Shown here: in pieces, positions 12,877 to 25,248 of the stretch
Position numbering within the stretch: the stretch's first letter is position 1
How the letters are laid out: every line of letters begins with the position of its first letter
Assembly (NCBI GenBank): GCA_017654855.1
Contig: CM030332.1
Coordinates: forward strand, 5,766,001 to 5,830,000
Length of the DNA stretch: 64,000 nt
From: Podospora anserina
Taxonomy: Eukaryota
Reading direction: 5' to 3'
Program-made: the position numbers and the translations under genes
Notes under the pieces: generated by a model
Told to the model about the DNA's origin: nothing
Database searches by the model: none
What the model saw: only the letters and a program-made list of their open reading frames with translations

Positions 12877-14201
12877 GGTGTTTAACTTGTCGTTGCCGGT
12901 GTGTGAGAAATTAATTACTTGGGACTTTGACTGAGGAAGAGAAGAAGAAAAACTGTCGACGATATAACTGGCGTTTGAGGGCAGTGGTCCGCGTGCGAAG
13001 GAGGTTGGGCAAAGTCCGCTGGTCGTTCTTTGGCAAGTTGGGACTTTATAGGATTCATGAGGCGAGAATATCACCAACGAAAACCAGGGGTTGGTGGTTG
13101 GTGACATGGCGCCATGTGTGTTGGTGCACTGATCTGGTCTCATTCTTCAACCTAAGTCATGCTGTTGGCTCTGTAGTACATGTGGTAGAATCAGGGCTGC
13201 GGTGAGGCTTGGCGATTGTATCACGTGCTCCTATCTTCCACTAGGCCTTGAACCTCATATTGCCCGGTACGGTAAGCATTGAAAGTTCTTTGCGATTATT
13301 AGGTGGGGAGGAGCTGTCCCTGACTGACTTGCTCCAAGTTAAATATCTTCATCGAGTTCTTTGGGGATGTAAATCGAGGTTTTCAAGTATGCAACTTACG
13401 GTGTAACACACATATTTTGGTCAAGAGGAGACCTACCAATACATCATTTATTTTGGAGATACATTAAGATTAATGGCACTATGTAAAATAAAATCAGACC
13501 AAGACAATGGAGGGTTGTTCGTATGTCAAACTCACAGAGTTGCTTAGGCCAAGCAACGCAAGCAACGCAAGCAACAAAGCCCAATCAATCAATGACCATC
13601 GAAGCAAAAGGCCTGCGGTCATCAACGGGCTGTGGAATTCCTCAGAAAGAGTCTTGATGGGCATTAAAAATTGTAACAACGACAGGTGCTATGTAGATGT
13701 GTATTACAGGTTATATTTTCAACAAATCGTCAGATGGCTGGCGGTCTTGAGCGTTCGTCCCGGTTAACCCATAGCATCCATGTTAGGATGGAATTACCTG
13801 CAGCGTTGGCACCGACACTGCCTAGGCTCGAGCCCACAGATCATCATTTCTTTTTACCTTCTAAGCAAATGATGGGTCGGAACAGTTGTGCCAGTGGCTC
13901 TTTCCCCAAACTGGTTGTTGCTTGGAAGACGACTCCTTAGCTTGACGGAGGAAAGAACGATGGAGATATTTGCCCAAAATATTGCCCCACACACACAACA
14001 GATAGAATGTTTTTATTTTTGCCTTGTAGTTCTCGTGGCCCCGTGGTTTCTTTTTTCTTCTTCTTTTTTTTTTCAAATCTCTCCCAGGCGCACTGCTTCC
14101 TCTTACACGCGCCCTTTTCTCGCTCCCAAACGGCCCTCTTTTTATCCCAGCTCCCACAGCAATCTATTTGTACGGACGATCCCAGCTTAGTAGCATTCAC
14201 C

Positions 14202-15207
14202 ATATCCGCCTCCCTCGCCAAGCATACCGAAAGCTTTGATCTCTGTTCCCTTTGGCCTGTTTTTGGTGACCGCAGAGTGTGGGTGAAAAAGGAGCTTGGC
14301 GACTTTTTTGAGAGTCCGGGGTTTTTGCGCCCATGTGATAGTCAAGACACTGTGATACTTCGGAATCAGGCGCTCGTGTTTCGGTGCGTCTACTGGTTTG
14401 TTGATGTTCGGGGTAGCGAGAACACAAGAATTCAAAGGTGGTTGCCCATGCACTGGGCAACCCGCGCCTCTATGCAGGTTTGAAGGGCATTGAGAGAAAC
14501 TTTCTTGCCCACAGGGCTGACTATCTCGATGAAAAGGAGGGTCCGGCATATACTGAAGATTTAACCGATGATCAAGAACTCCTCCTCGAGTTGGTTGACG
14601 GCTTATCAGAGGTGGAAGACGTTGACCCGTCACTTGGCGCATTATATCGACATGCCGAATGCCGCGAAAGATGACATTTGTTCTTCCAGCATGTCAAAGA
14701 CACCGGCGACCTCAGGGCTTGGGACACAGATCCTGATACGACCTTTTGGGAGACTAGCAACGATGCGGTTATGCAAAGCACGAAAGCCAATGTGAATATC
14801 GTCGATACGGATATGGACACAGAGTCTGAAGATAGCGGCGCTATCATTGAGGGCCCCAATGCCAACAACGGTATGAGAAATGTCCTCAGTGCCCTAGCTA
14901 TGTCAGTGCAATAGGCTATAGCTACCATGATTCACTTCCAGGTCACAATACTGCGACATGGATCCCGTACAACGCCGATGTTGCGAGACTCGCGGATGGG
15001 CTGGCAGAGCATCTGCCAGCTATCTTGTAACATTTCGCGGACTTCGACGCCACCGGTAATGTCCTCCCAGACATATTCACGAGGCTTCGCGTTGCAGTGC
15101 GTGATGATCACGAGTTTCTGCAACGGTATGCCACCGCAGCCCAGACAGAGTTTCGGATTGAGGAGGAAGACTCGGACTCGGATGACAGTCTGTTTGTTAC
15201 CCAGTGA
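14202..15207 (+). pseudogene. Degraded paralog of the orphan gene at 22817-23929
   Basis: Translated fragments (DLCSLWP..., ELGDFFESPGF, VILRNQALVF...WF, VAHALGNPRLYA, LADGLAEHLP, DSDDSLFVTQ*) align by eye with the 22817-23929 protein. Start appears mutated (CACC-ATA at 14202). Stops at 14672 and 14912 plus frameshifts. Confidence 0.75.
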
Positions 15208-18200
15208 GACTTTCTCTCGTTTGTTTTCTGGTACACAGTGCTTTCTCTTGTACCAAAAAAGGACAGTCATGCAATAGCGTGACATATTGTGTTGTGTCTC
15301 TGCCGCACGTCAACTTCGTTGTTTAAGAGTTTCATGATTGCTAACTTATATGACATAGGCATCAGATTCTGCAGTTCTGGTTCGTGGTTTGTTTTTAACA
15401 TGGGAAGAATACCGTTTGAGAGAAGTTCGAGTTAGAAAGCATGTCGGCAGTTTGTATCATGAGGAGGATAAGGTACCTAGGTAGCTTTGATATGCACGTG
15501 GGTCTCGTGGTTACTAAGGGAGGTTCCTAATCCAATTAAAAATTACACATTTGGCTGCTGAATTGTCTGATGCCTTGTGAGTGACCAGCGAATGTTGCAA
15601 ACCTAACCCAGATCAACCCCCAGGAACAGGGCAACGACAAGACTATCATGACGCGTAACCACCATTTCGCCTACCCCCACTGTCGATCCAATAGACTGAC
15701 CTGGCCGGAATAGATAGATGTAGGACTGCGGCAGCCGATCTACTTGAAAAATCCACAAAGTCCTTATCAACAAAGCAGTCCATGAGCTTGGCGTCTCCCG
15801 CATGCGTATGGAATTCAACCTCCAGGCATCAAGGGTGGGAAGTCACCTTACAGCTGATAGTACCGAGTCTCGTAGCTGTACCATTCCGTTTCAACACTCC
15901 ATTATCGATCACCAATTCTCAAGGGTGGGATAGCTGTCACTGTGTGTGCCTTGGAGCAGTAATCTTCGCCTCCTCCAACAACGCAGCTGATAGTGGAAGG
16001 ACAACATCAAAATACCAACGATATGAAGAGATGTGTGGGTTTCCCGCTCGTCAGCCAGCCCTGCCAAGGAGTAGCATAGGGCGGTGAATCTTCTGGAAAG
16101 CCAGGCATCCGTCAGCTTTGTAGGACTGTTTAAATTAGCAAGCTGAATACCATCGCTCGGAGCGGTCAAGTCCGGTTTAAACGAGGCAGATTCGTAAACC
16201 CTCTCGTTCTAAAACTAGAGACCAGTTTACCAAGGCGTCATTATGCGAGTCGATATTGACTATCAGAGGAAACCATCACGACGGTGGCTTACTCTTCCTA
16301 ATGATGCCGCGATTCTGGAAGGGCCGCAGGCAAGATCAGTAACAAAACCGAGATCGCTTTCTAGCTGCCTGCTTGCCATGTGCTGATTGCTACAGGGTCG
16401 ACATGGCGTTTATACAAGCCCCTTCCAAGCCTTCACCATCCGAACCCCATCACGAGACATTATGGGTAATCCTCACAATGTCAACGAGGAGGGACGGAAG
16501 AGGAAGCAATGTAATGTTACATGTCTTCCCCAAGTCCGCGTATTCCGCCGAGCCGCTGTCTCTCGCTTCTGCTGCCCATAGATTGCTTAGACGGATAGTG
16601 GATGACTGAAAGTTCTGGTGAATGTATGATGGGGTACAGCCGGGTGAAGCTCCCCGGTGGGCGCAGCTGCGTCTGATTGAAGCGCTTGTGACACATGCTT
16701 GTCGTCGAGGATGGTGCTGAATGGGGATCACCACCACCTGCTATATCCATTGAAAAAACCAAGCATGTGTACATGCCATCGTTTCGGGCCTGACGCACAG
16801 AGACCGAGACATCCTCAAACAGCCCCAATTGGGAAGGGGTTTGTAAGGCTTACCACATACAGGATACCCAGAAAGTTAAATTGTTGCTGTTGCAATATGT
16901 ATATGACCGTTGGCGTCATTACACACGGCCACATGTTGACGTTCCCTTGCCGGATTTTGATCCCTACCTCAAAGAGACAATGGCTCCTTTTACCTTCCTA
17001 GAGAGTCAGTTGTTCGTTGACACATTTCTTGGCTTGAGAGATCATGGTGGTCAACCGCTTTGAGCTGCATCAGTAGGTTTCCTCGTAGAGCAGCCGTCTC
17101 ACCAGTCCATCGGATGGACTCCATCCCCCACTAAACAACCATCTCAATAGTGCGAGCCACACCCGTTGCTAACGGAGAGTATAGACCGCGGAGACAACAC
17201 CCGAGAGAGAATCCAGAAAATAGATGCAAAATGATGCAAGAGAGATATATGGCCCCAAGCGCAGGCCTTGAATGCCGCGTGATCTCCGCAAAACATGTCG
17301 CCGGGCATCTCGGGCGCGAACCGCAACGAAACTCAGCCCGGAAAGCGGCACCATCGTCGGCAAATAATGACACGAGTTGGAGTAGGTTACATCAACCTCT
17401 TTTCTCTGGGGAAGTGCTTCCTGCCAAGAGACGGTTTGCTTGTTAGCGAGGAGAGAATTCAATTTAGCCTGGGCCGTGTCGCTGTTCACCTTCCCGCCTT
17501 TTTAGCCTGTCCACAGCTTCCAATTTTGGCATCGACGCAGTTGCAGTTACCTGCTGGGGGTGCGCAGCAGGCGGGCTCTGACCGATAAGACGAACTGACT
17601 GGGGCTGCATGGCAGACTGGTATTGCGAACCAAAAGAAAAACAAGTCGGGAAATAGGCCCACGACGACGACGGCTTGGCTCTGTCTTGGCTGCTTTCCAT
17701 CCCACGCCCGCCATATTCTTTTGACGTTGGAGGGGGAGGTCCTCATCGTGGTCGGTCTCGTCCCAAGGGTTCGGTGCCCGCTCGGGAGGATCTGGTGATC
17801 GCAATGGTGGGCGGGCGTCGGCGGGCTGGCTGCTGGCTGCTGGCTGCTGGCTGGACCTGGTGAGCGGGATGTGGGCATAGAAGTTGGCTCCGATAATTTC
17901 CCCAGTAGGTACTCCGTACACACCAACATAAAGTTGCTCGTCTCGCTACGCTTAACCACCGAATACCCTTTTCTGCCGAAAGAGCACAACCCGCTCTTTT
18001 CTCTGCGCCCCTGCAAGAACCTTGATGGATCATATGGGGATGGCTATGGCGAGGAACTAAGTGAGGAACAACTCGCTGACAGTCAGTTCCTCACAGCTGA
18101 GGTCATCCATGTCGCTGTCGGGAAACTCGGGATGTCAGGGAAGGGGAAGTTGTGCATTGGATGGTCCGTGGACTGGACGAGGTGCTCTTGCTGCATGTTC

Positions 18201-19565
18201 TCGAAATTGAAAGTGTGGGAACCGCTTTATTAGAACGTGCTCACCTGGACAGGAAACGGCTGCATGACATTTTGCTGTTGAGGTTGCGCCCCCATCCAGC
18301 ATCGGCAGGCACATCTCCCGGCTATTCTGGCCGAGCACTACCCAGCATTAACTTAGCAAACCCCTCGCATGCTCGCACCATACACGGGCGCGGCAATCAA
18401 TCTGATCAATCACAGCTCTGCGTTAGCTGCGCAGGTTTCGGTCTCGCAAGAAAAAAGACGGGGGGACAACACGGTCCTTTATTGCAAAGCCGCCCATTCA
18501 CTCTCTTGTCATCTAAACCTGAAGCAACCAACTTAATATCGCTGTCCAACCGTTTTCGTCTGCCAAACACCTCACCCGAGTCCGATCACAACTTCCAGTG
18601 CCCATCGGAGCCAGGTTGCATTTTATTCCACGATACAGAGTCGATGCCAAGTCCACCAACCAGTCGCTAGTAGTAGTCCCCATCTCCCCGCCGTCATACC
18701 TCCTCGCCTGTCCCACCTCACCAACCCACACACATCACAATTGGCCCAGCAACATCCCAGCGAGAGGGGCTCTTTCTATCTGCGACTTCTTTGTCCAGTT
18801 TTTCTCTGCTTGGCTATGCTCTTGAGGCTTACTACATACTTACAGATTCCGTTGTCCCCCAACCCCTCAGCCCCCTTTTCTTACTCGCTGCCTCTCTGGC
18901 CCCCTTTTCTCCACATTCAATACACTCTCGATACAGTTTCCACTCTCCTCCATATACACCAGGCCCTTCCCGCGATAGCTACGTACCTCCCGGTCTTCAT
19001 CTGCCAAATTTGGGTCAAATCCATCGGATTGATTGTATGGCAATCTAGATGAATTGACGTCAATTCCGCTAGTTGACCTCAGCGGCCAGCCCCGACATCC
19101 ACTGGTCCTCTGTCACTTCTGTGCTGGGACGACTTGACAGCAGGTGGCAGAGGTGCAGAGTTGCAGAGCACCAGACTTGACACTGGGGCTGCTCCAGTGG
19201 TGGTACGCTGCGCACCTGGTTTTGGCCGCCGCTCCTGACGGCGGGTACTACACTGTCAACACAACTGCCGCGCCTGTCTGGGGGGGTGTCTGGTACTGTC
19301 TGTTGTGTGCATCCAGAACAGCGGGAGCCGTCCGTGGAGAACGTGGAGAACAAGAAGGCCCTTTCTCCCGTGGCGTTGTACCTTGTGCGACTCTACACTG
19401 CCTTTCTCCCCCTCGTCCGTGTTCTCAAGGCGCTCCTGATCCCCTAAAAGGCCGAGACACGACCCTCTACCTTTCCTCTCTGGGATCCCGCTAGTCTGGT
19501 CTGGTTCCACGATGCAGTGATGCAGCCTATGCACCCCGCGAGCCAGCCACGTTGCGCCTGCTCCC

Positions 19566-21492
19566 ATGTCGGATTTTCAACATCGAGCAATGCACCATGA
19601 CGGACTCTACTCGACGGCAGCTATACACGCTGGCCATCACCATCACCAACATCACCATGCCATGCATCCTCCACAAACACAGCCGCCGATGATGGATCAC
19701 TGCGTGACGACTTGCCCGTAAGTGACCGTCTCCCTTGCTCGCCGTTTGTCCTCGACGCCCTGACAGAACTAACTTGCACCCACCGTCTAGGTATGAGGAA
19801 AAGATAATACAGAATGGCGCAGTGGCACGTATGGTGCTCATGTTCATTCGGGAACTCGTCGAGCATTCCTCTCATCAACCACGGCAGAGTTATGCATGCC
19901 CCATGACGAGGTGCCACAGGCCCTTCCCCGGGCCGCTCCAACTCATTCAACACCTCCTATCCTGCTCGGAGATTTCGACCGGCGAGTTCACCTGCGACAA
20001 GTGTAACCATTGGCACACATTTCCCACCAGCGATAAGGAATGGGAACAATGGGCGGCCGTGAAGTCACAGCAAGCTTCTGGGAATGAGCAAGGGCAGGTG
20101 CGGAGAAAGCGGAGTCTTGGTTCGAAAATCAAGGGTTTTGCTACTCTGACCAAAAGAGATCCGCGCAAACAAAATCCCGCCCCGGATATCCATTTCAAGA
20201 ACGAGTACTCGATGGACAGTCGGCCGAGTACCGCGGCGTCCTCAACCCCAAGCACCACATTTACAAGCCGATGTTCTGAGCATCATCTGCATTACCAAAC
20301 CCATGGCCACGGAAATCCCACGGCCTTTTCCACTCACCATAAGCCACCGTTGCTACCTGCGGGTGTACCAGCAATCGATGGCAATGGTTTGTTTTGGCCA
20401 GGGTTTAGTGCTGACCAACTTGGGAACATGCCTTCTAGTGTTCCATCTGTCACACCTTCATCTACACTGGACACCGGTTCTTCGAAGGCGATCTCCCAAA
20501 ACACTTCTCAGACCACGCTGTTCACACCTAGCTTGAACGGATTCCCACCTCCTGTGGCGTCGGTCCAGGTCCCAACAACTATGGAACAGCAACAGCAGTA
20601 TATGTTTGGCACACACGCATCGTTTAATGGAATACCATCTCCAGTATCCGCCCAGCCACCACCCTCCGCAATGGTGTTGGATGAACCCATAAACATGAAC
20701 GGGGCAGACCTAACACCAACCGAACTTCGCTCGCCGGTATCAAATGAAAGCCTGAACCACGGCTGGTGGGGAAACAAGCTTGGAATCGAAACAGCCCGAG
20801 CAGTGCCTACTACCACAGGATCGGGTACCTGCTTCCAGATGCAGTCTCCGATTGGTGTCATTGATGGGATGATGACTAGAGACGTCACAAGCGGTCTTAC
20901 AACGCCCACCTCGCCATGTCGACACGCATCACCGTTCTTCCCGATCCCGCAATCCTCCGCCCATCCGATGTCACGAGCTCTCAGCCACGAATCGATGCAA
21001 GCAGGCATGACGCCGGTTTACAACTCACCAGGGACAAACGCCAGCCATGTAGATTCCCTGTCACCGCAGACAGACCACGATCCTCACTCTCTGTCGCTCC
21101 GAACACCCTTTGAGCCGGCACCGGAGGATCTAGTCTGTGATGAGTGTCAATGGAAGCCCCGAGGCGTGAGGGAGAACCTGAAGGGGTATTTACGGAAGCA
21201 TAAAAACACACACAAAGGGTTGAGGTTGTCGTGTGATGTGGTGGGTTGCACGAAGACGTTTAGTCGATTGGATAATCTCAAGAAACATAAGAAGGATAAG
21301 CATGGGATCGAAGACTTGGCTACGGGGGCGACTTGTGCGCAACCACCTCCAAAGCAGATGGTGGAGGAGTTTCATGGGCAACATCAGCATGTGGAGGATG
21401 AGGCGGAGCATAAGCGGCCGGGAACGGTGGACTCGGAGGTACGGGATATGTCGGGAGATTATTCGATGCTTTGGCCGGCATTGCACTTTTGA
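19566..21492 (+). CDS. C2H2 zinc-finger transcription factor; 2 exons
   Basis: ATG at 19566 with a His-rich exon 1. Intron 19718-19790 (GTAAGT...CTAAC...TAG). C-terminal fingers CDEC...HKNTH and CDVVGC.KTFSRLDNL.KH...KH, plus an N-terminal CPMTRC...HLLSC/CDKC motif. Confidence 0.88.
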
Positions 21493-22816
21493 GGGTGTGA
21501 CAAATGGACGAGAGAGATATTGCACATTCTGAATTGGACACCCGCCATACACGCTCATCAGCGTTTTCTTTTCTTTGAATATGTTTTGTTGAGTTGGGCT
21601 GGAAAATAATGGCCTTGCCCTCCGGCGGGGTTTGGCAGGAATGGGAATGGGAACGGACAGCAAAACGCATTTTCTTTTTCACTTTACATACATGTCCTCT
21701 TGCAGATACCCAACAGTCTTTGATGGATTTGGGGTGAGATCCCCGACCGCAAAGTACTACTTACCTTACTGTTCTATTTTCTTTGATCTATGGCGTCAGC
21801 CTAGTTGTCATCGTTTGGTGGCGGATTGTCTCATCTCAGCTCTATGTGTTGGTTGTCTGTTTGATACCTACAAGCCGAACAAGTAAACGGCTTTGGATTT
21901 ATCAAAATATAATAGGATATATGTTCTCTGAAAGGCATAAATCGTTGCTTGTTCATCCTGATTTAACTTTGAAGACGTTTATGATAGGCCCCTGGCCCCT
22001 AGCATAACCGCCACGCTGAGAACAGATGTCTCTAGATTGAGGCTCAAAAGGTTTCACCTCCCAGCACTGCTCCCTTGGGATTGGTGGTTTATGAAGATAT
22101 ATGCTTGGAGATCGTTCAAGTTTGATCCAGCCAAAGCAAATCGACAATGAAGACCAAGGTGCAGTAGTCCGGTCGGCGACTAGCTCCGGAAGGTATAGGG
22201 GTAGCTGGGGAAGCTTTTGATATTATCTACCCTTTTATTCATGTTGCCATCACGCTTGAGGTCACCTTTCTGCATCCGCTTGGGATTGGCTGCAAAGGAC
22301 TTGAGGCCAAGGTTGTGGCAAGTGCCCTTGGGTATTAGGATTCTGTTATCAAATTAATTGAAAATTAAGTTTTGCTCATGATGGTTCCCAAGGTATAACG
22401 GCTTGTTCTAGAGTAATCGTTAGCTTGGGTTAACTAAAAAAGAATTCAAAATAATTAGCTGTGGCCAACGACTTAAAGGTACGGGGATGGGGGTGACTAA
22501 TGATATTATTAGTTGTTACAAAATATTGAATGACAAACGAAAAGGCGATATTGAATAGATAATTCGATCTTTGACTGTAAATTGGTGAAATTTCCAGCCC
22601 TTCTTTTACTACAATTCAAGTTGACTATCTTGACCTTGGCCGAATCAAATTGACAATAATCTTCCAAAGCCCCCAAATCCCCAGGCCCAATCGTCCTCAC
22701 TACTGGACTGCTTAAATCGTTGGTTGCTGCTTATCGAGTCAGCATCTTGCAAACCGAAACCAATACAAAGATACATACAAAAGAAAAGCAAATAGCAAAA
22801 CAAAGAAAGGCCGGTC

Positions 22817-23929
22817 TTACGGTGTGACGAAAAGACTATCGTGATCGGAGTCCCCCGCATCTTCTCCACTGCTCATCAAGTTATCCTGGACTTGGCCGGG
22901 ACCTTCATGGCGGGGCCACTCTTCCAAGACAACACAGCAATCCCGAAAGGTCGCAACCACATCGGTGACCGACCTGGGAAGCTGCTCACCGGCTTCTTCA
23001 AACTCCCTCACCAGTCGCAACATCATCGGCAAGTTGGCCTCTAACCCGTCGGCGAAGGCAAGGATACCCGCGCCAGGCACAAGCCGATTACGGGTGGCTT
23101 TGGGGGTGGCCGGCTCAACCACCCCGCCTGGACCGGGGTCGGGACCGGAGGCAGGGTCATCGGGAGAAGAAGCTGCATCCACGTGGCTCAAATCGGCACC
23201 GAGGCCGGGCCGGAAACCAAGGATTCTGACTGGGTGCTCCGCTAGCCGAGCTGGTCGGATCATCAGCTGAACGGGGAATCTGGTGACAAGTCCAGTCATG
23301 TGTTAATTAGCTTCCCCTGAGTGATTGGAAAGCTGATGTAAACACATACCTCTACCGAGATCGCTCTCCTCCTCAGACCCAGATGTCCAGTCCGAGTCAC
23401 TATCCCCGACGGTCATATCTCCGGTGACTTTCAACTCCTTCAAAAAGTCCTGCCATCTCTCTTTGCAGTCCGCAAGACGATAGTTGGCGCCGAGTAATGA
23501 TCCAACCCTGCCAAACTTGAGGGTGTCGTCAATGATCCTCAACATATACACCTGTGTGGACCTCGCATTCAGCGGAAACCGGGGGCATTCGTTGCTGGCC
23601 AAGTAAAGCTTCCGATTGGTGAGAAATTTATCAAAAATCGAGCTAAACCTGGCGTATAAGCGCGAGTACCCCAGCGTTGCTGCCACAATCTTGGAATGCC
23701 TTCTGTTCCCAAGTAACTCAATGAACCAATGATGGGCTTTGAATAGCAGAGTCAGGTTATTCAAAATAACCTCATTGGCCTGGTAAATTTGGGGGAAGAA
23801 AGACGGATCCTCAAAAAACTGACGAAGGTCATGATCATCTGCTTTCACAAACACCAGACGACCGCGACTGAACCCCGGGCAAACGGAAGAAAGGTCCAGC
23901 CAAATCGTGCTTGGATCGGCGAGAGGCAT
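22817..23929 (-). CDS. Hypothetical (orphan) protein; 2 exons, acceptor site uncertain
   Basis: ORF 23303-23929 has a GTATGT donor at 23349 and ORF 22817-23299 supplies the C-terminus. Both halves have homologous counterparts in the 14202-15207 pseudogene. Confidence 0.65.
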
Positions 23930-24649
23930 CTTTCGAGTCGGGAAACTGGCGATCGACAGGAAAGGGGAAATACGGGGTCTGGAAAGTACCTAGTCAGCCA
24001 AATACCAAAGCAATCAGGCTAGTCGAGATTAAAACTGTGTATACATACATATACACGCTGGCAGGTGCCCAGGTGATCAGGAGAACACACACTGCGAATC
24101 GATTTGGTGGCGGGCTTTGGAGTCGTGAAACTGAGAAATAAATAAGAACAAAAGGCCTCTCGTTTGAAAGTGGGTTAAAAGAATGGGAAGCAAATAGGAG
24201 AAAAGAGTTTTCATCAATTCCATTGAAGAAATGTGTGGAAAGGCAGAGATAACCAGTAAGATCAAAGGGAGATAAGCAAAGAGGAAGGAGGAGGGCGACA
24301 CAAGCTGAACTCTACGGAAAGAACCATGGAGGGCCACATCACCAAGGTCATTGTCGTCAGTTGCTCTTGGTTGCTGTTATGGGGTCCTTGGGGTCGTGTT
24401 TCAAGTGTCACTCACATAATACATGCCGGTTTGCTGCCTCTGGTGTCGATTTGTCTGCTTGTAAGCCATCACAGTACGGGTAGCACCATCTCTGGACCGG
24501 CCATGCCACAAAACGATTGGAGATATTTCCGTGCGAGGAATATTGCCCAAACGTAAGTTAGAAGATACATATTGGGTCTGGAAGAATACTTAGGTAGTCG
24601 GTCTCTAAAAACTTTTCTGTCTCGTCCGAGAACGGTTAGCCCAAAATCA

Positions 24650-24716
24650 GGCTCGCTTCACCCTCGGCTCACCCTCGGCTCACCTTGAGCTCACCACCGC
24701 TCACCCTACGCTCGCC
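24650..24716. repeat. Degenerate ~11-bp tandem repeat (GCTCACCCTCG-like, about 5-6 units)
   Basis: ggctcgcttcaccctcggctcaccctcggctcaccttgagctcaccaccgctcaccctacgctcgcc. Confidence 0.75.
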
Positions 24717-24846
24717 ATTCTCCAAAAACGACAACTTTACGCGACGCTCTCATAGTCCAAATTTGGAGCCTCCCTCTCGAAAATGGGCCCGGATAGGGAG
24801 GGTCCCATTTTTGACCCCCAAACAACTCCACCAAAACGGGGACCAA

Positions 24847-25143
24847 GAAATGGGCTCGCCAGCGTATTTACTCTCCGTTTTAGGGGACTCTGGGTCGTGG
24901 TGGCCATTTTGACATAACAAAATCCGTCACTCCCTACCTGCCTACTGTGCGACTTTTCTTCTCATGAAATGGGATTGCCAGCATACTGCTCTCCGTTTTA
25001 GGGGACTTTGGGTCGTACCCATTTTGACATGAAAAAATCCGTCACTCCCTACCTGCCTACTGCGCGACTTTTTTTCTTCTAGTTCTGGCTATATAAAGAG
25101 GCCATTCCATCCGTCCTACCACCTACTGCACGACTCTTCTCTC
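24847..25143. repeat. ~119-bp direct tandem duplication plus partial third copy upstream of the captain
   Basis: GAAATGGG..GCCAGC..CTCTCCGTTTTAGGGGACT.TGGGTCGT..CCATTTTGACAT..AAAATCCGTCACTCCCTACCTGCCTACTG.GCGACTTTT occurs at 24847 and 24966, with a partial copy at about 25110-25143. Confidence 0.9.
25089..25098 (+). promoter_or_regulatory. Probable TATA box of the captain gene
   Basis: CTATATAAAG about 160 bp upstream of the ATG at 25249, followed by a pyrimidine-rich leader. Confidence 0.5.
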
Positions 25144-25248
25144 CCATCTCCCCGTGTCTATATCACTGCCGCAAAACCTTTCTTTCCACACTTCATCGTT
25201 ATCGGCCTCACATTTTCGCCACACTAGCTCTCTACTGTGCCTTCTACA

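Noticed and set aside
12877-13143. N-terminal 89 codons of the 758-aa HET ORF
   Set aside because: Looks like open 5' UTR or promoter sequence. The ATG at 12876 (MCDSC) is the more typical start.
13550-13577. AAGCAACGC x3, and GCTGGCT-type repeats near 17825-17852
   Set aside because: Ordinary microsatellite-scale repeats.
16240-17063. Possible degraded gene
   Set aside because: Protein-like fragments with stops, but no recognisable family or consistent model.
17100-19500. Numerous overlapping 60-176 aa ORFs
   Set aside because: No motifs or consistent splice structure. More likely the long regulatory region of the C2H2 gene.
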